Shown here: positions 36,580-46,555 of the stretch, in pieces
Numbering within the stretch: the stretch's first letter is position 1
How the letters are laid out: the number at the start of each line of letters is the position of its first letter
From: Candidatus Tectimicrobiota bacterium
GTDB lineage: Bacteria; JACPUC01
DNA length: 64,000 bases
Assembly (NCBI GenBank): GCA_016192455.1
Contig: JACPUC010000026.1
Location: forward strand, 78,902 to 142,901
Direction of reading: 5' to 3'
Translations under genes and position numbers: made by a program
The notes under the pieces: model-generated
Told to the model about the DNA's origin: nothing
Database searches by the model: none
The model's input: the letters and a program-made list of their open reading frames with translations, nothing else

Positions 36580-38493
36580 TCAGGCGCCGCCGGCCGCCCC
36601 CACGCTCCATCCCTCCACGGCCAGGCTTGTCCCGCGGCGCCCGCGGCGCACGGCGTCGCGGGTCTTGGCGGTCGCCAGCAGGTCGGGCGCCAGGCTCTGC
36701 GGATCAAGTACGACCCCGTAGAGGCGGACCGCGCTCTGCACATCGCAGAGGCCCTGCGCCGCGTCGGCGCTGACAAGGTGCGGCTCGCGCTCCAGCGGAT
36801 CGCCATAGCCGCCGCCGCCGCAGCAGTACGTGACAATCGCGTCGCCGTTCTCCAGCATCGTCATGTCCTTGGCGGCCAGGACGGCACCCTCGACGGCGCC
36901 CATCTCCTCGCTGCCGCCGGGCAGGGAGCGGCCTGCCGCCGGGGCGCCCTGCGGCTGCCATGCCCTGCGGTAGACGACGTTCGCGTTGACGCTGCCGGGA
37001 AGGCCTCCCATGAGGCCGCGCGCTTCGCTCTGGTTGATGCCGTGGCCGAAGACGAAGCAGCGCACCGGCGAGGCGGCCTTGTGGACCAGGCGCCCCAGCT
37101 CCAGGCCCGCGCCGCCGCGGTACTTTCCGGGTCCCAGGGTGGCGGGCTGCTCCTTGCGGTAGAGGTAGAGGAGCGGGTAGAGCCGCTCCACCGTCTCGAT
37201 ATTCGACATCGCCATCTTCGGCGAGCCCGGCGTGCCCTCCACGTCGAGGCCGTCGCGCGTGCTGCGGGCGCCGCCTCCTCCGCCCGTGTCGAGCATCGTG
37301 GCCGTGAAGTAGCGGCCCCGCTGGTCGAGGCCGGAGAAGTTCGCCCCGATCCACCCCGGCCAGCCCGTCGCCATGAGCTCCCCGCGGTAGCGCTCGCTGC
37401 AGGCGTACATCTTCGCGATCGCCTGCATGCAGACGTTGAAGGTCATGAAGGTGGCCGCCACCGTCGCCGCGCTCACGGCGGCCGGGTGGCGGGCGTTGTT
37501 CACGGTCCCCTCCTCCGAGATGATCTCCACCAACCCTGAGATCGCCCCGGTGGCCCACGGCATGTCGTAGCAGAGCAGCGTCAGCATGGCGGCCATGACC
37601 CCGCCCCACAGGCCGGTGTAGGTGCAGTTGATCATGCCGGGCGCCTGGGGGCTGGTGCCGCGGAAGTCGAAGGTGAGGCGCTCGCCGCGCTTCGTCATCG
37701 CCACCTTGATCTCGTAGAGCGCGTCGGTGCTGCCGTCGTGGTCGATGTAGCCGTGCTCGTACCAGGCGCCGTCGGGCAGCTCCGCCAGCCGCCGCCCCAG
37801 GCGACGCCGCACGTCCTCGAGTAGCCGCTCCTGCACCGCGAGGAAGGTGTCGACGCCGTACGTCTCGATGATCTCGGCGATGCGCTGACGCGTCTTGTTG
37901 ATCGCCGCGATGCGGGCGCGCAGGTCGAGGGCGTTGAACTCCGGGGTGCGGCTGTTGCGGATGAACATGCGCTCGACGTCGGGCCGCAGCCGGCCTGCTT
38001 CGACCACCTTCAGCGGCGGCAGCACCGGCGCCTCGCCGTAGATGTCGCGGGCGCCGACGACGAAGCTCCCCGGCACCGGCCCCCCCACGTCCATCTCGTG
38101 CATGCAGAGGCCGGTCCAGCAAACGACGCGGCCCTCGTGGTGGATCGGCGCCACGACGATGTAGTCGTTCATGTGCACCGCCCCCACCCAGGGGTCGTTG
38201 GTGAGGAACATATCCCCCTCGTGGATACCCGGGTCGCGGCTGTAGTCCTTGACGATGTTCTTCACCGCGATGTCAATGGAGAGCGACAGGCGCGTCACAT
38301 AGACGCCGATGAAGAGAGTGTCGCCCCTGTACGACATAAGGGCGCTGTTGAAGTCGTACGCCTCGTAGACCACCGGCGAGCCCGACATCTGCGCCGCCAG
38401 CAGCCCCTGCTCGTCGTTGATGGCCCACAACCGGTGCCGCAGCACCTCGTAGGTGATAGGATCGAGGGTCTCCCCTCGTGGTGCAGCCTGCAT
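36580..38493 (-). CDS. hydantoinase B/oxoprolinase-family (HyuB; ketone carboxylase alpha-like) paralog 2
   Basis: MQAAPRGETLDPITYEVLRHRLWAINDEQG... is collinear with and near-identical in stretches to 39137..41038. RBS GGAG. Confidence 0.85.
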   Translation of the reverse strand: MQAAPRGETLDPITYEVLRHRLWAINDEQGLLAAQMSGSPVVYEAYDFNSALMSYRGDTLFIGVYVTRLSLSIDIAVKNIVKDYSRDPGIHEGDMFLTNDPWVGAVHMNDYIVVAPIHHEGRVVCWTGLCMHEMDVGGPVPGSFVVGARDIYGEAPVLPPLKVVEAGRLRPDVERMFIRNSRTPEFNALDLRARIAAINKTRQRIAEIIETYGVDTFLAVQERLLEDVRRRLGRRLAELPDGAWYEHGYIDHDGSTDALYEIKVAMTKRGERLTFDFRGTSPQAPGMINCTYTGLWGGVMAAMLTLLCYDMPWATGAISGLVEIISEEGTVNNARHPAAVSAATVAATFMTFNVCMQAIAKMYACSERYRGELMATGWPGWIGANFSGLDQRGRYFTATMLDTGGGGGARSTRDGLDVEGTPGSPKMAMSNIETVERLYPLLYLYRKEQPATLGPGKYRGGAGLELGRLVHKAASPVRCFVFGHGINQSEARGLMGGLPGSVNANVVYRRAWQPQGAPAAGRSLPGGSEEMGAVEGAVLAAKDMTMLENGDAIVTYCCGGGGYGDPLEREPHLVSADAAQGLCDVQSAVRLYGVVLDPQSLAPDLLATAKTRDAVRRGRRGTSLAVEGWSVGAAGGA

Positions 38494-38663
38494 GGTTCTC
38501 ACTCCGCGGCGGTTCCCGCCGCCGCATTGTTCCACCGATACGGAAGATCGGCATCTCGGTGCGGCCCCGGATTCGCTTCCTGCCTGCCTCGAAAGTAGGC
38601 GCGGACTTGGTCGATTTCACGTGATGATCAAGATGAAGGTCATGCGGCCAAGTGTCCTTCAGC

Positions 38664-38996
38664 TCTGCGCTCTCTGTGCCTCCGCGGTTCAATGGAGTGC
38701 GCCGCAGAGACATAGAGGACGCGGAGAAGGGAGGGGAAGGCGCCACCGACGCAGCGGGGATGCACAGCGATTTCCGCCTGCCTCGGCGTTCAGCCGTGGC
38801 CCCTCGCATCCCCATGGTAGGGGCGGTTCGCGAACCGCCCCTACGGTCGCTGGGATGAAAGCCTGCCGCGAACATAGGTACCTACGTGGTCTATCGCACG
38901 CGATGCTGAGGCTCCCTGGCACGTCCTACACTCTCTGCGATCTCTGCGCCGCTGCGGTTCAATGGAGTGCACCGCAGAGACGCAGAGGACGCGGAG
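38664..38996. repeat. pair of ~63-bp direct repeats (38664..38726 and 38933..38996, about 90% identical) flanking a REP-like palindrome (38818..38845) inside a 600-bp intergenic spacer
   Basis: Read directly: CTCTGCG(C/A)TCTCTG(T/C)GCC(T/G)C(C/T)GCGGTTCAATGGAGTGC(G/A)CCGCAGAGAC(A/G)(T/C)AGAGGACGCGGAG. Confidence 0.65.
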
Positions 38997-39136
38997 GTTT
39001 CGACAGGCAAGATGCTTGTCCCAGGCGCACTTGGTAGCAAAAAATTCTCGACGAGGATCGGCAAGCCGGGCCGGCCAGCATACCCCATTTTCATCGGTTC
39101 GCGGGCAGGCGACCCGCCCATGCGCAGCTATCCTGA

Positions 39137-41038
39137 TTATGCCGCCGCCACCGGCGTACTCGTCGCCCGGCGCTCGCGGCGGATGGCGTCGCGGCACACG
39201 GCGGTGGCTTGCAGATCAGGCTTGCAGGTCTCGGCATCGACGATGACGCCGTAGATGCGCTCGGCAAGGTCGCGGTCGCACAGCCCCAGGGCAACGTCCT
39301 CGGCGACGAGGTACGGATCGCGCTCCAGCGGATCGCCGTAGCCGCCGCCGCCGCAGCAGTAGGTGACGAGGACGTCGCCGTTGTCCATCGTGGTGTGGTC
39401 CTTCGCCGCCATGACGCGGCGTTCTCCCGACCCGAACTCCTCCACGCCGCCCGGCAGCCGCGTGAGCCCTGCCGTGCCCGGCCCGCCGGCGCCGGGGCGC
39501 AGGCTCGGCTGCCGCAGCAGGATGTTGCTGTTGACGCTGGCCGGCAGGCCCCCCAGGAGGCCGCGCGACTCCGGCTGGCTGACGGCATGCCCCACCACGA
39601 GGTTGCGCAGCGGCTGCGGCGCCTTGTGCACCAGGCGCGCCGTCTCCAGGCCCACGCCGCCGCGGAACTTGCCGGCGCCGGGGGTGTGCGGGTGCTGCTT
39701 GCGATAGAGGTAGAGGATGGGGTAGAGGCGCTCGTTGGTCTCGATGTTCGAGATCGCCATCTTCGGCGAGCCCGGCACCCCCTCCACGTCGAGGCCGTCG
39801 CGGTTGCTGCGGGCGCCGCCGCCGCCTGCCTGGTCCATCAGCATGGCGGTGAAGAAGCGCCCGTGCTGGTTCAGGCCGGAGTAAAGCGCTCCGGTCCAGC
39901 CCGGCCAGCCCACGGCGATGAGCTCGCGGCGATAGCGCTCGCTGCAGGCGTACATCTTCGAGATCGCCTGCATGCAGACGTTGCCGGTCATGAAGGCGGC
40001 GCTGATCGTCGCCATGCTCACCGCCGCCGGATGCCGGGCGTTGTTCACGGTGCCCTCTTCCGAGATCACCTCGACGATGTCGTAGAGCGCCCCGCTGGCC
40101 CACGGCATGTCGTAGCAGACGAGGTTGAGCAGCGCCACCATGACGCCGCCCCACAGGCCGGTGTAGGTGCAGTTGATCATGCCGGGCGCCTGCGGGCTGG
40201 TGCCGCGGAAGTCGAAAATGAGGCGCTCGCCGCGCTTCGTCATCGCCAGTTTCACCTCGTAGATCTCGTTGCGGTTGCCGTCGTGATCGATGTAGCCGTG
40301 CTCGCACCAAGTGCCGTCGGGCAGTTCGGCGAGACGGCGGCGCACGCGGCGCTGCACGTCGGCGATGATCTGCTCCTGCACGACGAGGAAGGTCTCGACG
40401 CCGTAGGCCTCGATGACCTCGAGAAGGCGCTGGCGGGTCTTGTTGATGGCGGCGATGCGGGCGCGCAGGTTGAGGGCGTTGAGCTCCGGCGTGCGGCTGT
40501 TGCGCAGGAAGAGGCGCTCGACGTCCGGGCGCAACCGCCCCTTCTCGACGATCTTCATTGGCGGCATCACCGGCGCCTCGCCGTAGACGTCGGTGGCCCC
40601 CACCACGAAGCTCCCCGGCATCGGCCCGCCCACGTCGTTCTCGTGCATGCAGAGGCCCGTCCAGCAGACGATGCGCCCGCCGTGGTAGATCGGCGCCACC
40701 ACGGTGTAGTCGTTCATGTGGATGGCGCCGAACCAGGGGTCGTTGGTGAGGAACATGTCGCCGTCATTGATGCCGGGGTCCTTGCCGAACTCCTTCAGGA
40801 GGTTCTTCACGGTGATGTCGATGGTCAGCGAAAGGCGCGTGGTGTAGACGCCGACAAAGAGGGAATCGCCGCGCTGCGTCAGCAGGGCGCTGTTGAAGTC
40901 GTACGCCTCGTAGACCACCGGCGAGCCCGACATCTGCGCCGCCAGCAGACCCTGCTCGTCGTTGATGGCCCAGAGGCGGTGGCGCAGCACCTCGTAGGTG
41001 ATGGGATCGATGCCCGGCTGCGTGTTTGCGTCGTTCAT
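39137..41038 (-). CDS. hydantoinase B/oxoprolinase-family (HyuB; ketone carboxylase alpha-like) paralog 1
   Basis: MNDANTQPGIDPITYEVLRHRLWAINDEQG... RBS GAGAAGGA. Confidence 0.85.
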   Translation of the reverse strand: MNDANTQPGIDPITYEVLRHRLWAINDEQGLLAAQMSGSPVVYEAYDFNSALLTQRGDSLFVGVYTTRLSLTIDITVKNLLKEFGKDPGINDGDMFLTNDPWFGAIHMNDYTVVAPIYHGGRIVCWTGLCMHENDVGGPMPGSFVVGATDVYGEAPVMPPMKIVEKGRLRPDVERLFLRNSRTPELNALNLRARIAAINKTRQRLLEVIEAYGVETFLVVQEQIIADVQRRVRRRLAELPDGTWCEHGYIDHDGNRNEIYEVKLAMTKRGERLIFDFRGTSPQAPGMINCTYTGLWGGVMVALLNLVCYDMPWASGALYDIVEVISEEGTVNNARHPAAVSMATISAAFMTGNVCMQAISKMYACSERYRRELIAVGWPGWTGALYSGLNQHGRFFTAMLMDQAGGGGARSNRDGLDVEGVPGSPKMAISNIETNERLYPILYLYRKQHPHTPGAGKFRGGVGLETARLVHKAPQPLRNLVVGHAVSQPESRGLLGGLPASVNSNILLRQPSLRPGAGGPGTAGLTRLPGGVEEFGSGERRVMAAKDHTTMDNGDVLVTYCCGGGGYGDPLERDPYLVAEDVALGLCDRDLAERIYGVIVDAETCKPDLQATAVCRDAIRRERRATSTPVAAA

Positions 41039-41126
41039 GAGCGCAGTCCTTCTCAACACGGCGAGCGCCATGCTATTCCCGCACCACCGCGCCGCCGCTC
41101 GGGGTCATGCTTCGCCGCAAAATAGG

Positions 41127-43220
41127 TCACGGCCACGTAATGCTGAGATTCCCATAGGCATCGACGCGCGCCAGGGACGCGACCGGCAGGACGATGGTGT
41201 CCCCCATGCGCTCGATGACGGCCGGGCCGCTGATCTCGTGCCCGAAGCGCAGCGCCTCGCCGCTGTAAATCGGCGTGTCATGGAACTCGCCGTCGAAGTA
41301 GGCCCGCCGGGAGCCGCGCAGGGCCGCGGAGGCATCGGCGGGGACCGCCGCCTCCTGGCGCTCGATCCGCGGCGTAAACACCTCGTGGGTGCCGTCGACG
41401 CGGAAGGTGATGAACTCCGTGCCCGCCTCGTGGTAGGCGCCCCCCTTGCCGTAGAGCTCCTCGTACTGCACGTGGAAGCGCGCCACGATCGCCTCCGCCA
41501 CCTCGGGGGTGAAGGGCTGCCGCGGCGTCGCCACTCCCAGCTCGTGCACCTGCATCTGGTAGCGCATGAAGACGCTGCGCTCGAGGGTGACCCCCGCCGC
41601 GGCGATCCCCTCGTCCTCGAACTGCGCCAGCACCTGGCGCTCGAGGTCGGCATAGATGCCGTCGATGCCGCGGCAGACCTCCGCCCCGTACGGGCTCTTC
41701 GTCGGGAAGGAGCGCTCGGCGGTGTGCACGAGGTCGGAGGTGATGATGCCGAAGGCCGAGAAGACCGTCGAGTTGGCGAGAACGCAGACCGAGTGGGCGC
41801 CGATGTCGCGCCCGAAGAAGGGGGCGTGGGTCGGCCCGGCGCCGCCGTAGGAGAAGAGGATGAACTGCCGTGGGTCGTAGCCGCGCTCGATGGTCGAGCG
41901 CCGCACCAGGTCGGCCATCTGCGCGTTGGTGATGCGGAAGATACCGGCCGCCGCCGCTACCACGTCCATGCCGAGCCGCGCCGCCAGGCCCTCGAGCGCC
42001 TGTTCGGCACGCCCGCGGTCGAGCCGCATGCGCCCGCCGAGGAAGTTCTCCGCGTTGAGGTAGCCGAGGACGATGTTCGCGTCCGTAACGGTCGGCTGCT
42101 CGCCGCCGCGGCCGTAACAGGCCGGTCCCGGCATCGCCCCGGCGCTGGCGGGGCCGACGTGCAAGAGGTTGTCCTCGTCCACCCAGGCGATGCTGCCGCC
42201 GCCGGCGCCGATGGTCTTGATGAGAACCTTCGGCGCCAGGAAGGTGTACTGCTCGACCACCGGCTCTTTCTCGAGCTGCAAGGAGCCGCCGGCCACCAAG
42301 CTGACGTCGAAGGAGGTGCCTCCCACGTCGGTGCAGATGATGTTCGCCGCCTCGTAGAGCTGCCCGAAGTAGCGCGACCCCAGCGTGCCGCCGACCGGCC
42401 CCGAGTCGAGGAGCATGACGCCGCGACGCTGCGCGAGCTGCGTCGTCGTGAGGCCGCCGTTCGACTGCATGACGAGGAGCGGCCGGCGGTAGCCTTCGCC
42501 GCGCAAGGCCGTCTCCAGCCGGCCCAGATAGTCCGCCACGCGCGGCCCGAGGTAGGCGTTCAGCAGCGTGGTCACCGAGCGCTCGTACTCGCCGAGCACC
42601 GGGGCGATCTGCGACGACAGGCTGACGAAGAGGTCGGGGTGCTGGCGCGCCAGGTAGTCGCCGACGGCTTCCTCGTGGGCGGGATTGATGAAGGACCAGA
42701 GGAAGCAGACAGCGACGGCGCGCACCTCCCTGGCTCGCAAGGCGTCCACGGCGCGCTTCACGTCGTCGAGGTCGAGGGGCACGATGACCTCGCCGGCGAA
42801 GTCGATGCGCTCGGCCACCCCCATGATGCAGGGGCGGGTGATGATCGGCGGCTCCGGCTTGCGCATGGCCACGGCATGGATCATCTCGCGCTCCGAGAGG
42901 CCGGCGCGCTTCACCATGGCGCGGCCGATCGGCACCGTATCCTCGTGGCCGCGAGTTGTCAGCAGCCCCGTCTTCACCCCCTTGCGCTCGATCATGGCGT
43001 TGGTGGCGATGGTGCAGCCGTGCATGAAGTGCTCCGTCTGCGCCAGCAGCGCGCCGCGGCTCAGCTCAAGCTGCCGCGCGGCCACCTCCACGACCTCGAG
43101 GACGCCGCGGGCGGGATCCTCCGGCGTGGTGTCGCCCTTGGCAATCCAGGTGCGGCCCTGGGCATCCATGACGACGCAATCCGTGAACGTCCCCCCGATA
43201 TCGACGGCGATCTTGTACAT
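41127..43220 (-). CDS. hydantoinase A/oxoprolinase-family (HyuA; ketone carboxylase beta-like)
   Basis: Internal Met MYKIAVDIGGTFTDCVV (ASKHA ATPase fold N-terminus) with AGGAGG RBS. Confidence 0.85.
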   Translation of the reverse strand: MYKIAVDIGGTFTDCVVMDAQGRTWIAKGDTTPEDPARGVLEVVEVAARQLELSRGALLAQTEHFMHGCTIATNAMIERKGVKTGLLTTRGHEDTVPIGRAMVKRAGLSEREMIHAVAMRKPEPPIITRPCIMGVAERIDFAGEVIVPLDLDDVKRAVDALRAREVRAVAVCFLWSFINPAHEEAVGDYLARQHPDLFVSLSSQIAPVLGEYERSVTTLLNAYLGPRVADYLGRLETALRGEGYRRPLLVMQSNGGLTTTQLAQRRGVMLLDSGPVGGTLGSRYFGQLYEAANIICTDVGGTSFDVSLVAGGSLQLEKEPVVEQYTFLAPKVLIKTIGAGGGSIAWVDEDNLLHVGPASAGAMPGPACYGRGGEQPTVTDANIVLGYLNAENFLGGRMRLDRGRAEQALEGLAARLGMDVVAAAAGIFRITNAQMADLVRRSTIERGYDPRQFILFSYGGAGPTHAPFFGRDIGAHSVCVLANSTVFSAFGIITSDLVHTAERSFPTKSPYGAEVCRGIDGIYADLERQVLAQFEDEGIAAAGVTLERSVFMRYQMQVHELGVATPRQPFTPEVAEAIVARFHVQYEELYGKGGAYHEAGTEFITFRVDGTHEVFTPRIERQEAAVPADASAALRGSRRAYFDGEFHDTPIYSGEALRFGHEISGPAVIERMGDTIVLPVASLARVDAYGNLSITWP

Positions 43221-43728
43221 GGTGCGCTCGTCCACCTCCTGCGGCATCGGCGGCGCGTGCCACCGGCGGGCGCCCCGAAGGGTCGCTGCGATCACGATGG
43301 CTGCGCTCCCCCACGGCGATGCTGACAATTCTACTCAGGTTCCGCGTTGGCACAAGGGCGCTGCTCTCGAACGGCCGCGCCCCGTTTCGTTCTTCATCAG
43401 CGCCCGGCGAGCCCCACGGTCGGGAGATAGCGAGAATTCATCGAGGCGGCTGCGCAGCTCTTGCTTTCTTCGCAGAACTGTGGAAATATTATTTTCCCCT
43501 GGGGCAGAGGGCCGCCGGGGTTTTCTGTGCGGCGCTCCGGCGGCCGGCGTGGAAGGGTGCTGTCCCGCTGGCGCCACGAAGGAGGCACTGAAGAGGCGAC
43601 GGAGAGAGCGCGTTCCCGGCGGGGTTCCTCAGCGGGCCCTACCGCCGCGACGTGCTCAGGGCGTCTGCGTCTTTCCTGCTGCGCATCGCGTGCCTTGACC
43701 TTGTTGTCGATGTTGAGGAGACCCGTCC

Positions 43729-44763
43729 ATGAAAGCAGTTGTCATCCACGAGCACGGCGACCCGGAGGTCCTGAAGGAAGAGGAGTACCCAACACCGCAA
43801 CTCGGCCCCGAAGACGTGCTGGTGAAGGTGAAGGCGTGCGGCGTCAACCAGGCAGACTTGATGATCCGACGCGGCGACGTGCGCATGTATCCCAAGCTGC
43901 CCCACATCCTCGGTAGCGAGATCTCCGGCGTCGTCCACAGCGTCGGCAGCGCGGTGACGCAGTGGAAGGGGGGAGAGCGGGTCATCGTCTACCCCGGATT
44001 CGGCTGCGGGCACTGCGAGTTCTGCGTCAAGGGGCATCTCTATAGCTGCAATACCTACAAGTACTTCGGCACCCAGATGCAGGGGACTTACTCGGAGTTC
44101 GTGAAGGCTCCCTGGTACAACATGGTCCCCCTGCCGGAAGAAGTCTCCTTCGTGGAAGGGGCTGCCATCCCCATGGTGATGCTCACCTCGTGGCACATGG
44201 TGGTGGACCAGGCGAACGTGCGGCCCGGCGAGATCGTCCTGGTGCACGCCGCCGGTAGCGGCATCGGCTCGGCCTCGATCCAGATCGCCAAGCTCTGCGG
44301 CGCCACCGTCATCGCCACCGCCGGCTCCGACGACAAGGAGGAGCTGGCCAGAAGCCTCGGCGCCTCGCACTTCATCAACTACCGCAAGACCGACTTCCGC
44401 GAAGAGGTGGGGAAGATCACCAACAAGCGCGGCGTGGATGTGGTCATCGAGCACACCGGCGAGTTCACCTGGGACAAGAGCGTGCGCTCGCTGGTGAAGC
44501 ACGGCCGCCTCGTCGTCTGCGGCGCCACCTCGGGGCATAACGGCTACACGGATATCCGCTACGTCTACTACAAGCACCTCAACATCATCGGCTCGACGCT
44601 GGGCACCATCGAGAACCTGAAGCACGCGCTGCAGTATGTCGCCGCGGGCCGCATCCGCACCGTGGTCGATCGGGTCTATCCCATCAGCGAGGTGCGCAAG
44701 GCGCACGAGATCATGGAAGCCCGCCAGAACAAGGGCAAGCAGGTGCTGCAGATGTGGGACTAG
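43729..44763 (+). CDS. zinc-binding MDR-family alcohol dehydrogenase/quinone oxidoreductase
   Basis: MKAVVIHEHGDPEVL...GSEISGVV...GCGHCEFCVKGHLYSC (structural Zn Cys cluster), AAGSGIGS Rossmann. Confidence 0.85.
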   Translation: MKAVVIHEHGDPEVLKEEEYPTPQLGPEDVLVKVKACGVNQADLMIRRGDVRMYPKLPHILGSEISGVVHSVGSAVTQWKGGERVIVYPGFGCGHCEFCVKGHLYSCNTYKYFGTQMQGTYSEFVKAPWYNMVPLPEEVSFVEGAAIPMVMLTSWHMVVDQANVRPGEIVLVHAAGSGIGSASIQIAKLCGATVIATAGSDDKEELARSLGASHFINYRKTDFREEVGKITNKRGVDVVIEHTGEFTWDKSVRSLVKHGRLVVCGATSGHNGYTDIRYVYYKHLNIIGSTLGTIENLKHALQYVAAGRIRTVVDRVYPISEVRKAHEIMEARQNKGKQVLQMWD

Positions 44764-44823
44764 CGTGGGACGAGCGAGGGAGATGGTTGAGACTTTCAGA
44801 GACGCACTCGGGGGAGGGTTGCC

Positions 44824-45546
44824 ATGCGTACCTACCGCTCGAAAGAGGAGATGCCCCACGACTACTACGCCATGCTTGTGGACATCATGACGCGCCAGTT
44901 CCTGCGCGAGCTGGAGAACTCCGCCATCTTCGGGCGCGCCATCCAGTACGCCCCGAGCTGGCGGGCCAAGGCCGAGCTGGCCGAGATTTCCTACGAGGAG
45001 GCGCAGCACGGCATCATGACGGCGCCGATCCTCGAAGGTCTGGGCATCGACCTGAAAGAGATCGACAACCGCTGGCGGTTGGCCGAGGCCTTCCTCGGCA
45101 ACGTTGATGAGGTGCAGGACTGGGTCGAGATGATCGTCTACTGCTCCCTCATCGACCGCGCCGGCAAGACGCACGTGGCGGTGCTGGCCGGGAACAGCTA
45201 CGAGCCCTACGCCGCCATCATGGATAAGATCGTCGAGGATGAGGAGGGGCACGAGTCCTACGGCGAAGAGGCCATCGCCGAAATCTGCCAGGACCCGGCT
45301 CAGCGCCAGCGCGTCGGTCAGCTCTTCCGCAAGTGGCTGCCGCGCTGCGTCAAGCTCCTCGGCAAACCGCGCAGCGCCGCCAACCGCTTCTGCGTTGAGC
45401 ACGGGCTGAAGAACCGCGACAGCGAAGAGGAAATCCGCGAGTACCTCGACTACTGCCGGCAGATCGCCAAGAACGTCGGCATTCCGTTCCCCACCGCCGA
45501 GGAGCTGCGGGCCGAGGGGGTGATCCTGCCGCGGGGGTGGGTGTAG
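44824..45546 (+). CDS. ferritin-like diiron-carboxylate protein (PaaA/PaaC-like)
   Basis: Two E-x-x-H motifs (EEAQHG; EDEEGHE), ~240 aa. Confidence 0.55.
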   Translation: MRTYRSKEEMPHDYYAMLVDIMTRQFLRELENSAIFGRAIQYAPSWRAKAELAEISYEEAQHGIMTAPILEGLGIDLKEIDNRWRLAEAFLGNVDEVQDWVEMIVYCSLIDRAGKTHVAVLAGNSYEPYAAIMDKIVEDEEGHESYGEEAIAEICQDPAQRQRVGQLFRKWLPRCVKLLGKPRSAANRFCVEHGLKNRDSEEEIREYLDYCRQIAKNVGIPFPTAEELRAEGVILPRGWV

Positions 45547-45634
45547 CGGCCCCGCCTGACGGCGTCCGCGGCGGGGCTCGGGCAGCGACACGATCGGCCT
45601 CAATGCTCGTTTCGGCTCCCGCCGCGAGGGAGCC

Positions 45635-46486
45635 ATGGAACGCCTCACCATGCCCACCATTCTCCCCCCATGCCGGCTGCTGGTTGACGTAGCCTGGCTG
45701 CGCGCCAACCTTGGGAGTTCCAGCCTCCTCTGCATTGATGCGCGCAACGCTGAGGAGTTCGCCAAGGGGCACCTGCCGGGCGCGGTGAACGTCGATACCT
45801 ACGCCTGGGGCTGGTACGACACCTCGCCGGCGGGCTTGCAGGCATACACGCGGAAGATGGCGGGTCTCATCGCCGGTCTGGGAGTGCGGCGGCAGGACGC
45901 GGTGCTCTTCTACCAGGGCACCTCGGGGATGCTGGCGGCGCGGGGCGTCTGGCTCCTGCATTACCTCGGGCGCCAGCGCGTCGCCATGCTTGACGGCGGC
46001 CTGCGCGACTGGGCAGAGACAGGCGGGGAGGTGACGATCGAGGTCCGTGAACCCCGCGCGGCCGTTGCCCCCGGCGATGCGCCCATCCCCGATGCCGCCT
46101 GCCTGGCGTCCTACACCTACGTGCGCGAGCGTATGGGAGACAAGGCCAGCATCATCCTGGACGTGCGCGCCGACGATGAGTACCGCGGCGAGAACGTGCG
46201 CGCCAGCCGCGGCGGCACCATCCCCGGCTCGGTCCACCTCGAGTGGCAGGAGTGCCTCGGCGCCGATCGCCGGTTCCTCCCGCCCCAGGCGCTGCGGGAG
46301 CTGTTTGTCGGGCGCGGCGTCACCCCGGAGCGGGAGGTCATTACCTTCTGCCAGGGGGGCGCGCGCTCCTCGCACACCTATCTTGCCCTGCGTCAGGCTG
46401 GCTATCCGAAGGTGCGGAACTTCATCGGCTCCTGGCACGAGTGGGCCGACCGCCACGAGCTGCCGATCGAAACTCCGCAGCGATGA
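45635..46486 (+). CDS. rhodanese-domain sulfurtransferase (tandem rhodanese, active-site FCQGGARSS)
   Basis: Classical thiosulfate/3-mercaptopyruvate sulfurtransferase layout. Confidence 0.8.
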   Translation: MERLTMPTILPPCRLLVDVAWLRANLGSSSLLCIDARNAEEFAKGHLPGAVNVDTYAWGWYDTSPAGLQAYTRKMAGLIAGLGVRRQDAVLFYQGTSGMLAARGVWLLHYLGRQRVAMLDGGLRDWAETGGEVTIEVREPRAAVAPGDAPIPDAACLASYTYVRERMGDKASIILDVRADDEYRGENVRASRGGTIPGSVHLEWQECLGADRRFLPPQALRELFVGRGVTPEREVITFCQGGARSSHTYLALRQAGYPKVRNFIGSWHEWADRHELPIETPQR

Positions 46487-46555
46487 GCCGCGGGCGGGCG
46501 CCGCCGGTCCGCGCCGCGTGCCCACGGCGAGCTTGGGGATCGGGGAAGCACGGCC

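Noticed and set aside
36704-38122. 472-aa minus-strand ORF overlapping hyuB paralog 2 in another frame
   Set aside because: Same strand but wrong frame; Arg/Gly/Pro-rich; the in-frame HyuB ORF has conserved family sequence.
39209-43325. Large plus-strand ORFs (638 aa, 775 aa) across the hyuB/hyuA region
   Set aside because: Antisense shadows; no motifs.
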